Shown here: positions 1 to 12,563 of the stretch, in pieces
Numbering within the stretch: position 1 is the stretch's first letter
Layout: every line of letters begins with the position of its first letter
Assembly: GCA_051942245.1 (NCBI GenBank)
Contig: JAVECL010000086.1
Coordinates: forward strand, 1 to 57,421
From: Trypethelium eluteriae
Lineage: Eukaryota
Direction: 5' to 3'
DNA: 57,421 nucleotides
Made by a program: the position numbers and the translations under genes
The notes under the pieces: model-generated
The model's input: the letters and a program-made list of their open reading frames with translations, nothing else
Told to the model about the DNA's origin: nothing
Databases searched by the model: none

Positions 1-2
1 GT

Positions 3-1040
3 GGCGGGGGTTTTAGGGGTTGGGGATATGTGCTAATGTCGGAGCATCCGGTGCAGCCATATCCAATTCCGATCATTAATGGATTTACAGTGCCGCATGA
101 GAGATTTCGGGATACAGAGAAGCTGCAGGCCGCTGTGAAAGCCAGTCAGCAGAATAAGATGGACGATATTTTTCGGGTTTCGGAGAGGAGGGCAAGTCAA
201 GTGCCTGCCGTGGCATTTTTGATTCAGTGTCTGACGGAAGCATTGCCTATGAAGATCAAGGATGTCATCTTCGGCCAAGGAGGTGTCCGCGAAGGTGCTC
301 TGTTCGAAAATCTAGGAAAGGAGACAAGAGCGTTGGATCCCCTTGCTGTGGCAGGTGGGGGGCGTGCTGTAGATTGGGAGGCTGAGAGTGATATTCTCCG
401 CGCCGCTATCCCGTCGTCAACTCCCGTGCCTCCCACAATCACGCTGTCGCCGCCTCACATTCCCGAAATCTTCACGCCAGAGCTCCTTGGATGCATCGTC
501 CCCTCCAAGACCGGCTTTGCCGACCTCGATGGCACTAAAGAAACCACCGCATCAGTAGCGCTTCGACTTACGACATCCGGAGCAATGGCAAAAGTGCTTC
601 CATTGCGACATAACCAGAGGGCGGCGATTGCGCTCGCACTTTGTGCGAGATATGGAGGTCCAGAATCTTTGCCGCCCGAGGATCGTAGATTCCTCCACAG
701 ATTGCAAGCTCTTGCAGAGCCAGAGATTAGCTGGTGGTGTAATTACATTGGCGCTGTGGCTGCTTTGATCAGTCACCTCCACCCAGTCGGATTCAAGGAT
801 GGGCAAAAAAGACGTATAAATTTGAGAGCTGAATGGGTCGGAGGAAAGGATAAGAAGAATGCTGATGCGAATGAGGGGAATATGAGGTGGATTCTCCGGT
901 TGAGGGTCAACTTTGAAAATGAGATGTGGAGGGAGGCCGGAGCAAAGGCGCTCGGAGGGCTTGAAAAGGTGGGAAAAAGGAAGAACTGGATAGGTGGGAG
1001 AGAAGGGGTGGGATGGAAGATCAAACTTGAGGTTGGTTAG
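3..1040 (+). CDS. RTG2: Retrograde regulation protein 2 (Ppx/GppA, ASKHA-fold family), 5'-truncated by the window edge
   Basis: The frame is open from base 3: GGGFRGWGYVLMSEHPVQPYPIPIINGF...FRVSERRASQVPAVAFL...FGQGGVREG. These motifs are typical of fungal Rtg2. Stop TAG at 1038-1040. Confidence 0.85.
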   Translation, partial: GGGFRGWGYVLMSEHPVQPYPIPIINGFTVPHERFRDTEKLQAAVKASQQNKMDDIFRVSERRASQVPAVAFLIQCLTEALPMKIKDVIFGQGGVREGALFENLGKETRALDPLAVAGGGRAVDWEAESDILRAAIPSSTPVPPTITLSPPHIPEIFTPELLGCIVPSKTGFADLDGTKETTASVALRLTTSGAMAKVLPLRHNQRAAIALALCARYGGPESLPPEDRRFLHRLQALAEPEISWWCNYIGAVAALISHLHPVGFKDGQKRRINLRAEWVGGKDKKNADANEGNMRWILRLRVNFENEMWREAGAKALGGLEKVGKRKNWIGGREGVGWKIKLEVG

Positions 1041-2113
1041 GTTAGGTACCTATACGTACGCAGATATGAGGTGTCATGTCTAGTTCAGTAATCAATGAAC
1101 ATAGGCAAACAGGCTTTTGACATTGATGTCTGTTGACCTCGGCATCGCCATCTCCAATCCTTCCCGTTCTTACTTAGGTAGTCCAATTAGGTCCGGCGAA
1201 GTAATGGGTAGGATAGCCGAGCAGTGGTAGAACAGCGTGTCAGTAGTCTCCATGATTCTCCTATGGCGCAATTGTCATGTTGAAGGAAATCTTTTTTCTG
1301 TCCATAGACTCGTCTCAAAGAGACTGCAGCTGCTGCATTTGCTGTTGGGACGGTTTTGGGTGATTCCCGTTCAATTACTCTCACTGTTGGAAAAGAATCT
1401 CCCTGCAAGCCGAGGCTTGAGATGAACCATCAGACCGAAGGTCGACCACATCCTTATGAGTTGATGATGCGATACTTGGACCGATGCTGTGCATTTAAAT
1501 GCAATCGAATGCAAATAAATCCATACGACTGTGGCAAATTCCCCTCTCGGTTCAAAGCCAAAGCCGTAAAGCGTGGAGAGATTCTCAGGAGCAGCCACCG
1601 TTAGTAAATAAAAAAGGAAAATTAGCGGTGTAGAGAAGTGGTTAGCGTCAGGGACCAGATTCGCCTATCATGCCGAAATGGGAGCTGTGATTTCCCTATC
1701 GGACAGAAGGGAACCACCGAACGTATCACAAGTTATCCTGCCAGGTTGTTGGAAAAGACTCGCAGTTGGCCTATCGTGCCTATTACCATCACCCCATTAC
1801 TCGGTACTATTATTGCCACCACTCATCTTTCGGCTTCAGCAGTGCCATCCGTCCCAAACCGGGTTGGTCGACTATTCGCATGAAATCAGCGCTGTCGATA
1901 GTAAAGCACCGGGCCTCTTTTTGAGTTGCCTTTGTCCAGCTCCAATTTTGATCACTTTCAAATGTCCTTTGTGCCAAGCTAAGGCGAGATTTCCGATTCT
2001 CTCTGATCTCTCCTCAGGGCAGGGGTAGCTGAAGGTCGGTAACTGTCTCCGATGCACCTTGTCGTCGAGCTCAGTCTTACCTTTAGTCCGATATAGAGAC
2101 CACCACTTTAAAC

Positions 2114-5100
2114 ATGGCCCACGCTGCCCCATCCAATGGCGTTCACAACAAGCACTTCGACAATGTCGCTCGAGCTCCTGCTCGCACGCCATCGCCGCAG
2201 CCAACGCACCTCAGCGTACCTGGTTCCCATCACCAATTCGTGGTTGAGAAAGATGAGCCTGGCTATGTGGCTCCAAAATTCGAGGGCAAGGAGCAGCAGA
2301 TGGAAGAGTACGTGGAATCTTCAGGAGAGAGGTTGTTGAAATGTCATGTCTGACTGAGAATCCAGGGTGATGGACAAGGTGGAAGAAAAAGGGTTCATAC
2401 CAGAAGATTTTGTCGATTCGGAGACAAAGTGGTTCTACAACGAGCTTGGCATTGACGATTCATATTTTTCGACCGAATCTGCAGATGCCATAGTGAGCCA
2501 TATACACTCGTTGTACGCCGCCAAGGTCGCCGCATACGCCAGAGATGATAGACGTTTGGAAATGCGACTGGACAAGGAGGCTGCTGATCATGCCGTCTAC
2601 ATCGATACTAGCAAACCTGGGGTCAGCGTCGAGGATGGACCAAGATACGAACAGAGGATCGACGAAAAATATCTCAATGCATCCAAAGGCAGCAAAAGCT
2701 ATAGGGTGGAAACATTCCGTTCTGCGAGTCCGCTTCCAGGAGGAGGAGAAAACCAACTTCGCTGTTACTTTGTCTATCAATGTCATTTCCATCAGAAAAA
2801 CCCAAGCCCGGAAGAGACATCAATCGAGAAGATTGGAGACAAGAGATTCCTACAAAAAGCGACGGACAATACAAAGCAGATATACCAGGGCATTCTGGAA
2901 TATGCAGTCCAAAGGACTGGTCCGGTCATCGAACTCTTTGAAGTGGAGGGCAAGAACACCAAGAGACTTGTCATTGCGTACAAACAAGGCTCCGCTATGG
3001 GCTTTTTCAGTGCCTTAAGCGACCTGTACCATTATTATGGCCTCACGTCTTCTCGGAAATACGTCGAACAGTTCTCGAACGGGTACACCATTATGTCAAT
3101 TTACATCCGTCCAATTGCGCAGTCTGTCGTGTCTGCGCGTTTCCCACCCATTGATGCGTCTATCCATCAGATTATGAAGGAGGTTTCGCTTTTATATTGC
3201 ATTCCAAGGACCAAATTTCATTCTCATTTTGCCAGTGGCCGTTTGAGCTTACAGGAAACTATATACGCACACTGCGTATGGGTCTTTGTTGGTCATTTCT
3301 TGAATAGACTGGGTAAGCCTTCTTCCTGGGATCATAAGGAGATACGAAAGCTTCGATAACTAACAAGATTCAAGGTTCCGAATACACTACATTGGCTTCT
3401 GTCTTAGACGTGAACAACAGTGTTCATGCTGAGCTTCTATCAAAACTCAAGCGTCGCCTCCGCAATGAGACTTTCACAGCAGACTACATTCTCGAAATTA
3501 TTAATCGATACCCAGACCTCATCAGGTCGCTCTATCTTGCATTTGCCAATACCCACTACGTTCAAACTCGTGAATCGGATGATTTTCTACCAACGCTTAG
3601 TTACCTCCGCCTTAAGGTCGACCGAGTTTTAAGTGATACTGAGTTGAAAGAGATGATATCCAAGTCGGCGGCCAATGAGCATCATGAGATGGTCATGACT
3701 TCCTTCCGAGTCTTCAACAAATGCGTCCTCAAGACTAATTTCTACACTCCTACCAAAGTCGCGTTGAGCTTCCGCATGGATCCCAGCTTCCTCCCGCCAG
3801 AAGAATACTCTCAACCACTCTACGGCATGTTCCTCATCATCAGCTCCGAATTCCGTGGCTTCCACCTCCGCTTCCGCGACATTGCCCGCGGCGGTATCCG
3901 CATCGTCAAATCCCGCAGCTCCGAAGCCTACGCCATCAACGCGCGCTCCCTCTTCGACGAGAATTACGGCCTTGCGAACACTCAGCAGCGCAAGAACAAA
4001 GACATCCCTGAAGGCGGCTCTAAAGGCGTCATCCTCCTCGATGGCAACCACCAGGACAAGGCTCGCGTCGCCTTTGAAAAGTACATTGATAGCATCCTCG
4101 ACCTCCTCCTTCCGCCCACCAGCCCTGGCATCAAAGACCCAATTGTGGACCTTCACGGCAAGGAGGAGATCCTCTTCATGGGTCCCGACGAGAACACGGC
4201 CGATCTCGTCGACTGGGCCACTGAGCACGCCCGCATCCGCGGTGCCCCATGGTGGAAATCCTTCTTCACCGGCAAGTCTCCCAAACTTGGCGGGATCCCG
4301 CACGACGTGTATGGCATGACGACCCTATCGGTGCGCGAGTATGTGCTTGGCATCTACCGCAAATTGCATCTCGACGAGGCGCAGATCCGGAAGCTGCAGA
4401 CTGGTGGGCCTGATGGTGATCTCGGGTCCAATGAGATCCTGTTGGGGCGTGAGCGCTACACGGCGATTGTGGATGGTGCGGGTGTGCTCGTCGATCCGGC
4501 GGGTATCGATCGTAAGGAGCTGCTTCGGCTGGCCCAGGCGCGCACCATGATCTCCGGGTTTGACACGTCGAAGCTGAGCAAGGAGGGGTATCGTGTGTTG
4601 GTCGAGGAGAACAATGTTACGCTGCCGACTGGAGAGGTCGTGCATAATGGCACTATGTTTCGGAACACGTTCCACGTGCGCGCGTCCCCGACATACGACC
4701 TCTTTGTGCCATGTGGTGGGCGTCCTGAGTCCATAGACCTGGGGAATGTGGCGAAACTGATTGATGTGAAGACGAAGAAGGCTGTCATCCCGTATATTGT
4801 CGAGGGTGCCAACCTCTTCATTACGCAGGAGGCAAAGCTGCGTTTGGAGAAGGCCGGATGTGTCGTTTTCAAGGATGCGTCGGCGAATAAGGGTGGCGTC
4901 ACGTCATCATCGCTGGAGGTGCTTGCGTCTTTGTCGTTCGATGATGAGGGGTTTGTCGAGAATATGTGTGTGCGTGCTGACGGGACAGCCCCCCCGTTCT
5001 ATAAAGCGTACGTGCAACAGGTGCAAGCAGTCATTCGTGAGAATGCGCGGTTAGAGTTTGAGGCGATATGGACAGAGAGTGAGCGGGGAGGAGAAGCCAA

Positions 5101-5609
5101 GAGTATCCTGAGTGATAAGTTGAGTTTGGAGATTACAAAATTGCAGGAGGAAATCCAGGAGACGGAATTGTGGGATGACGAAAGGTTGAGACGGAGCGTG
5201 TTGAGTGATGCACTGCCTGGGTTGCTGCTGGAACGAGTGGGACTGGACCTGATTCTCAAGAGGGTATGTTGGATTGCTTGGCCTGATGATGTTCTGATAA
5301 GAGGAAGTGTTGCTAACAACTGATAGGTCCCGGAGAGCTATCTCCGTTCCATTTTCGGGAGTTACCTTGCGAGTCGCTTTGTCTATGAATACGGCATCTC
5401 AACCAGCCAGTTCGCTTTCTTCTCCTTGTAAGTCCTTATCTCTCTTTCCCCTCCGCTTCTCACAAATCTGACGCTGACACCGCACTAGCATGAACAAGCG
5501 TATAGCCAAGATTCGGCGAAGTGATGAACCTCGGACTTCCTCCCCGCCAACTCGAGAACTTCCATCTCGCAGTATATCAAGTGCTTCTACACACACAGCC
5601 GTAGATTAA
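2114..5609 (+). CDS. GDH2: NAD-specific glutamate dehydrogenase (large fungal type), ~1083 aa, 5 exons
   Basis: Exons 2114-2307, 2366-3312, 3375-5263, 5327-5427, 5489-5609. All introns are GT..AG with branch sites and the frames join. Motifs RGFHLRFRDIARGGIRIV, KNKDIPEGGSKG, GPDENTA, GGPDGDLGSNE, EGANLF, DASANKGGVTSSS. Confidence 0.95.
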
Positions 5610-8441
5610 AATCGGTGAGTAGGGCCAGGCGATGGGCGATAGGCGAAACATGGAAGTGGTATATTGGATTTCCCACCTGATTTAATACTCTGGGCGTTCA
5701 TCACACTAGATTCCTTTGGCGTTAATAACGGCCATGTATCTTAGAAAATTAATGAGCTTATCCTGGATCTTTCACGTGTTTTACCGGCCGGATATGATTG
5801 GAAGTAACGGTTAAAACCTTTTTGGCATCGCGAGGGAGTAACCTGGTGCCTGGTTGTAAATGAGTGAGACGGCTGGGCTTACACCCACCTTGTTGCGTAT
5901 AACGGCATAGGCGTGGGGGTGCGTAAGATAAGCAAACCGCAGGAATCTAGGGAGACACCAAGACCAAAAACCCCATTACAAAGGGATTCTAGAATTTGCC
6001 AACAAATCTCAATTCCACGTTTCCTCTTACCAGATTTGTAAACTTTTCTAGTTGTGCCTTTGATAAGTAGTTTCGTCTTTATGACGCCTTCACAAGGACT
6101 GTCGGATCTCCCTCATCAAGGCATCCGAAATCTCATTTGGAGCGGTGAAGTAGGAAAACTAAATATCGATCAGATACCTTATCCTGATCCTCAGATCGCT
6201 TTCCCTAGGCATCCAGTGCCGAATCTGCGCGACGGTGGACGGGGAAGACCACAAAACGTGGTTACATGGATCATAATCATGCAGACCCTTGCTCTCGCAT
6301 CCCCTTGCAACCCTGCCAAGCCTGCCTTCCATATCGAGAAGACCCAACGAGCCACTCGCGGGGAGGCGGCGGCGTCGGAACCGCAGGAGTGGATTAGAAC
6401 GATTAGCGTATCGCATGGCATGATGTCTCTACTTTTTCAAGGCAGCTGTAAACACTAGGTAATTGTGTGGCACGCGAGAGAACCTGCGATAATTATGCCA
6501 TTCTCTAGTTAGGTGCTTTTGAGTCAGATTGTGCCGAGTGAGGAATGGAGCTAAGACTTTTGACTGGAGGATTCAGGCTGATGTGGGATGGTGAAGGGCT
6601 GAGTGGGGTTGGGCTTGGAAGAGAGGGATTTGTGCAAGCGAGATACAGTAGATGAGGAAGAGCTGATGCTGAGGCAATTACTATCGTCCGGCGAGCTGCC
6701 GGCACTGATGTTACAGACATGCTCAGGTAGAGTCGGGATCAGTACATTGAGCAACCCTCTACTGCTTAAGATACCTTACTACCTTACGGAGTGCAGTAGC
6801 TTTTCCCTGCGACTGAAGTCCATCTCTGTGTGTAACACTGAATGGTTGTACAATCCAGATTTGGTCTGGTCGAGTAACACATGCACAGAAGACCAAGGAA
6901 CTGGGGGGATCCGCAGCGCAACGTGGATGCCCTGCCAGGCGGCCATTCTGGGCTTAGTGGCATGAGCGATGAGGAAGGACCCCTGCACCCTGGTTGGGAC
7001 TGGTACCTTCCAAATCACGGTCGTATCGGATGCTGGAGGCGTCTGCGTAATCCTCACCTCGGTGCCAACTCAGCGGTGTCAGCCTTGTCGAACCCTATTT
7101 GAGATAAAGCAGACGAACCTGGAAGGAATGTGACGGTGGGCTGGCTAATCAGTTATCGTGGAATTCAGTCTAGTCTCAGTTGGTTGCAACTTGGCAGCAA
7201 TAATCTCAGGAAAAAAAATATTTGTTCGACGGCGCTTCGGCCGAGATTCCACATGATTCATGCAAGCGTCATTTACTAGGTATCGATCGTGGAACCGGCA
7301 AATTTATGGGTATGCTCCTGAAGATCAACCCTGTTTTGACTGACCGGACATTGTGCAGCTGTTGAGAATGATGGCATGTAGAATTGCAGTTTAACGCAGA
7401 TTAGCAGGGCCACTGGATGACAGTAAGTTCATCCTACAGCGGAGATATCAACGAGAGCCAAAGTCAAAACCAGGAATTTGAATCCTAATCTCGAACAAAC
7501 CCATGTCAACGGACAGCATGCCGCTCTCGCGTTGGCTCCACGGAACTGGCATCCGAAAGACGGTGCCCCAGCGAAGCATCCAACCACCATAACCCGGCTC
7601 GCTAAATGTATCATGCCCACCTCCCCGTCTGTCGCAGAAACTGATTCTTGGACCTGACAACTCCAACCTTTGTCCTCCTGCCTGCCCCTTCTGCGTCCGC
7701 ATATTGTGGGCCTGGCTGACCATGATTATTTCTTCACGGGCGGCGACGACAGTGACAGGCTCGTCGGCCGAAAAAAGAATCACTAGTTTCGGCTTTCCCT
7801 AATCCTTGTACCCCGGTCGTCTCGTGTCTGACACGGCGGAGTTGATCCCTGCTCGTTTACCCCAGACAAAGCCCAGCTCCCGTTGGACGTATGGCATCGG
7901 TACTTTAGCAACTAAGCTGTTAGTCTTGACGGAACACGAGGCAAGGCAGGTTGTCACCCTGTGACGGGCCATGCGTGCCGCCCGCTGGCCGCCAGATGAA
8001 GGATTTCCTTGTTTAGGCTGTGCGTTCGTGTGGGGGTTTGATTTGGGGTTAATTACGGAGTATGTGAGACCGTTTGGTTTGACCAAAGGTTATAATTATT
8101 AAAATGGGGGGCCTCCCGGACCAAAACCGTTCTTTCCCCAGAATTCATTTCAAACCTTGCTACTCGCCTGAAATTTTTTGTCAATTTAAGAGCACCAGAC
8201 GCCCTGCTTGCTTCCCCCAAACAAAACCTGAATCCAACTCGTCACATCTTTTTGGGAACGTGGGAGTCAACAGCAGCATAGCCAGTGCTATCACCGCCAT
8301 CACCATCTCAACTTTCTCAGCAGCATTTAATTAAAGAGAAACTAGTCTTTCCTGTTTCTCAAAGGACTTGCTTCCATCCACCCTCATCTCAAACTCACCA
8401 CGAACTCTCAACGACAATCCTCCACACTACAACTCTTTACA

Positions 8442-8693
8442 ATGGACGCCATGCCAACCTCCTCTCAACCTACCACCGCTCACATGCAGCGTAATGCTTC
8501 TACCTCCTCGCTCGAGTCTCTTTCTCACGATGTCAACCTTGCCTTCTCAACCTCATCACCTCGGAGAAAGACACCTTCCTTCCTGACTCTTAAGAGCGAT
8601 CGCCAACTACCAGAGGCACCCGCCCCACCTCCCAGCCCTGTCGATTGGAGAACCGAGGAGCGGGTAGGAAGAAGGTCGGCCGTAAAGGCCTAG
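8442..8693 (+). CDS. Small (83 aa) Ser/Pro-rich hypothetical protein
   Basis: The ATG is in good fungal context (tttacaATGG) after a long C/A/T-rich leader (8280-8440) typical of fungal 5' UTRs, and is followed by G/T-rich 3' UTR-like sequence. It is the only plausible gene in a ~4.7 kb gap. No domain recognised. Confidence 0.55.
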   Translation: MDAMPTSSQPTTAHMQRNASTSSLESLSHDVNLAFSTSSPRRKTPSFLTLKSDRQLPEAPAPPPSPVDWRTEERVGRRSAVKA

Positions 8694-10373
8694 CCCTGGT
8701 GTGTGCCATCACCGAGGAGGCTAGCGAAAGTGTGAACTCAATGGAAAGAGTCGCTGATGAGTTGAGCCTTGGAGTTTGGGAATACGTGGGCTTGGGAAAT
8801 CGGCATATTGGGCTAGCAATGAGGCATATGGAGTTTGACTTGCGCCATTCCGGCTTTGTTCTGCAGCGGAGCTGTATAGCATTTCTTCCTGGCACACTCG
8901 GGACTGGATGGCGAATGACGTCCCCTGGCTGTTGGTCCCCCTCTTGGGACGACTGAGCAACGATTATGCGACGGTCTAGCGTTATGTAATGTACATTTAA
9001 GATACATACCCAGCCGAAGTATTTCATAAAACGGTATGTCTGTGAAATTAGGCTCCAGTTTGAGGTCGCTGAAACATGCAAATCTAAGGATAAAGCCTTA
9101 CGGCCATTCTCCATCCGGTGAATACTGCAGGTAATTTGAGAGGTTCCCATGCTTCTCCGAGACAGAATCCTTTCGATACTCACAGAGCTTACTCACTGCA
9201 GTTATTGAGGGCCTAATTTGTCAGATATACCTTGTGTTGATCTACTAATCAAGTTAGCCGATCTCCACCTGGCGTCCTTCTAGCCCATCACACCCGCTTG
9301 ATTGCTGCACCCTACAGAGCCGTGACGACCTGCTGCTCGCTCTCATCCTGCTCATGTGGCATCCTACCTGATGCTGGACGCCCGACTCCACCGGATTCCT
9401 TGGTAGAGAAGGCCCTCCCTGTCAGAAAGTGGGCTGCAACCTAGAGAAGTGGAGCACATACTTTGAGGCTCAGTATGCCACGAGGTGGAGCATTAATTGC
9501 TCTGTCAGAAGGTAAATATAACCACTAACGAGATTCCGAGCTTCAAACCCTCATCTCTTACTGAAAATGAACCCGAATTACATCTGCTATCGCTTGCTCA
9601 TATGCATGTCTACAAAATCGGAATAAGCCTTTCAAGCCCACAGCCTTTACTCTTTTTATATTTGCTTTTTCAACCCGTGTCAAGAGGTCTTTTCCCCGGC
9701 ATTCGCGGCACGGCTATTCAACGCACGGATTTCTTTACAAGCTAATTCGTCCTTTCCCCCATGACCTCTGCTTAATGCATTGTGAACGCGCTGCGTTTAT
9801 GCCTCAATGCTTGTATATCAGGGCTTGCAGCAGCTGAGGATGTCCCATGACTTACCCATTCAATAAGCAACGCTAATGATGACGAGAGTGGAACCAGATC
9901 AATACGTTTCAATGGACTGAAAAGAATCGTAGAGCAGGGAACCTGGATGAATTTTCACGATTGGCTCATTTCCAGTGATGTTTGGATTCGTTGTAGCCGA
10001 GTTGACTTTGCCAATCTGACTAACGACGTCCCGTCCTGAGGGTCGCATGCGCCAGCCACAAGACACAAACGGTTACTGTACGTTTCCGAGAATTGATGTC
10101 TGGCACTTTCTCTACCAAGTTCGCTCTAGCATGCGATACCCTCAGCAAGACCGGAGACATAACAGGCGATGAAGGATTTCACACCGGTAACTATTTGTAT
10201 TGTTTGAGCTTGCCAGCTCATCCCCACTTTCAGCTCTAGAACCTCAGTCCAGACCTCGAAACCCTTAAAGCTATTTAGCTTTCCTGTATGAGTAGTCACC
10301 TAGGAAGAAAGGTTTTGGTTTCCTCTCGAACACTGTCACTTACAGGCTGGAAACTCCAGAAACGCTTTATGCC

Positions 10374-11138
10374 ATGTCCCCATCAATCGCAAGCCTCCCT
10401 CCTGAGATCCTACTCATTATCCTCGAGATGCTTTCAAAAGCTTCTCTCACCATGCTGGCACCGGTCTCAAAATCCTTTCATACTCTCGTCACAGCCATCT
10501 TGTACAAGAACATCGACTTCACCGCTCCGGGTATCGACACGTGGTGCCGGAAACCACATGAGGAGGCAATGATCCGTTGTCGTCAACACGTCTTTCTCCT
10601 TACTCTTCTGATCGACAACCCCACCCTTGCAAAGCATATCTATTCATTCTCCTGGACGGAGATCGGAGCCATCGATGTACGTGGACCAAACTATTGCAAT
10701 TATTTTAGTCCCTCGAGTTCTAGGCAGATGCTCCGCAGGCAGCAAACCCAGCTTCTAGATGGCTCTGCACTCACCAATTTGCTATCTCTTCTTGTGAATG
10801 TCCGCCACCTCTATATTAGCAACATTTGTCCCGCCGGTGCTCTAGGCACAGGTTACACCACCCTTTTACCTACCCCTCTGGTCCCGAAGGCCAAAAAAAT
10901 CAGGTTAGAGTCGTGGATCGATGCAGGTCTTGCTAAGGATGTGTTAAGGCACAAGAGTAAGGATGTAGTGGAGGAGACTATTCGTGTCAGGGAAAATGAG
11001 TTGAAACGAGAGAAGAGCATTGCGACAAGCAACCTGTTCTTCTTGACTGACCTTGAGCCTAATGACTACTTTCGGATAACATCAGGCCAAGCGAAAGCAT
11101 TGGTAAAGCTGGGGTGGTGTAAGGGCTTGAGTCTTTGA
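10374..11138 (+). CDS. F-box domain protein, 254 aa
   Basis: N-terminal F-box signature IASLPPEILLIILEML...LTMLAPVSKSFHTLVTAILYKNI, followed by LLTLLIDNPTLAKHIYSF, as in expanded fungal F-box families. Confidence 0.8.
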   Translation: MSPSIASLPPEILLIILEMLSKASLTMLAPVSKSFHTLVTAILYKNIDFTAPGIDTWCRKPHEEAMIRCRQHVFLLTLLIDNPTLAKHIYSFSWTEIGAIDVRGPNYCNYFSPSSSRQMLRRQQTQLLDGSALTNLLSLLVNVRHLYISNICPAGALGTGYTTLLPTPLVPKAKKIRLESWIDAGLAKDVLRHKSKDVVEETIRVRENELKREKSIATSNLFFLTDLEPNDYFRITSGQAKALVKLGWCKGLSL

Positions 11139-11418
11139 GGAGGAGGTTCACTTTGATTTTTTTTGGTCAAAAGACGGTCTTTTTGGAAACTTCAAGGCGA
11201 CGACGAACTTGAGTCGGTTTTACGAGATGTTCAACATGAAAGACAAAACTAGTGTGTAATACATCAACTTGCAAAAACGCACTTTCACTCACCGTTGTGA
11301 TAGAGTATAGCCTGACGCATGCTGTGAGTTCCGACTCAAATTGGTAGGTTCAACAAAGCATGCTATCGGCTGATAAAGCTCTCTGGACGAGCCCTTGTTT
11401 GCAATTTGCCAAGACAAC

Positions 11419-12063
11419 ACGACTTTGAATGTACTGAACGAGATCTGGCTTAACATAATCGAGAAGGCCCCCGACAGGACAAAGCGTTGTAGCGATCTCT
11501 GCACTTTGCAAAGAATTGCACTCTTTGAGTTATTAATTACTCTATCGTCAAATCAATATCAGATTCCCCTTCGAACCTTCCCGTGATATGCTACCTTTCC
11601 AGGACCGCGAAAGCTATGCGAAGGCAAGGAGAGTATGGCGCGTGCAGCATCTATTTCAGTTGACTATCATGGTCGATAGTCCATTCCTTGCTAACCTCAT
11701 CCGAAAAGTTCTGCTGGATCGAGCACAGGCAATCATTGAGGGTTCAACGGCTCACCTGGCTTTCAATGTAAGCCCCAAAACTCCGCAGGAAACAAGCGCG
11801 CCAATTTGACGAGTCTGCAGTTCTCAAGCTTCTATTATTTTTCGACAATGTCCGGTCTGTCCGAAACCGACATCCATACGCTTGCCGTTCTTACCCACAG
11901 AAAGCTTGCTAAGGCCTTACTGGAGGGAAAAAGTAGTATGATTGAAGGCGCGAGAGCAGCGCGGCGAAAGGAGCAACAGGAAGGACGAGATGGATATCCT
12001 ATAGTGGCTGCAATTGAAGATAGCATTGGAGGAATGTTTTCTTGCCATCGTCTCGAAACTTAG
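11419..12063 (+). pseudogene. Degenerate tandem paralogue of the upstream F-box gene
   Basis: Collinear fragments in changing frames match the intact gene: LNVLNEIWLNIIE ~ LPPEILLIILE; RVQHLFQLTIMVDSPFLANLIRK/FCWIE ~ RQHVFLLTLLIDNPTLAKHIYSFSWTE; FDESAVLKLLLFFDNVR ~ LDGSALTNLLSLLVNVR; KLAKALLEGKS ~ GLAKDVLRHKS. Interrupted by stops and frameshifts. Boundaries are approximate. Confidence 0.7.
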
Positions 12064-12563
12064 TCACAGCAAAGAGGTTGCGAACATGCTCGCTCTCTTT
12101 ACTTCTAATCAATGTGTGTTCTGTCCGAAAGAGACATCGTATACTACAGAGAGATTGCCCCTAGATTGGAGAAGATATAGAAAGGAGATCATGATAGATA
12201 GATACATAATACAATGTAGAAAGTATCAAACATGTGTGAAACTGGATCTGCCAGATGCTAATCCTACAATGACAAGTTCGGGGTATTATGAATGTAACAG
12301 TTCAAAAGCAAAAAAAATTCAAGGATTCTGGAGTACTCAGACATGCAGAGCCTGTCTGGTCTGAGCCGCATAGTGTATTAGGAATTGAAAAAAAAAGGAA
12401 AAAATCGGCTCCACAGGTGTCGAGGGGTCCCTCGTCAAGATCCATCCAAGATTATGAAAGATGTCCCGGACACATTCTTCTAACCTTGCCCACCTGGAGA
12501 GAGTCCTAACAGGTCTCCGAGCTGGACTGAGTGGCCCAAGCTGCACAAGCATTCATTCATGCC

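Noticed and set aside
3629..4303. 224-aa antisense ORF inside GDH2, and similar antisense or alternative-frame ORFs over leashin (e.g. 42821-43777), malic enzyme and glucoamylase
   Set aside because: Shadow ORFs caused by biased codon usage of the real genes; no recognisable domains.
6500..7110. Overlapping short ORFs and coding-like fragments on both strands
   Set aside because: I could not assemble a consistent spliced gene or recognise a family. It may be a gene relic, but this is unsupported.
5610..10370. Possible ncRNA (telomerase RNA, tRNA, snoRNA) in the long intergenic stretch
   Set aside because: No convincing CCCTAA-type template repeat, cloverleaf or box motifs found by eye. An Infernal/Rfam scan would be needed to exclude one.
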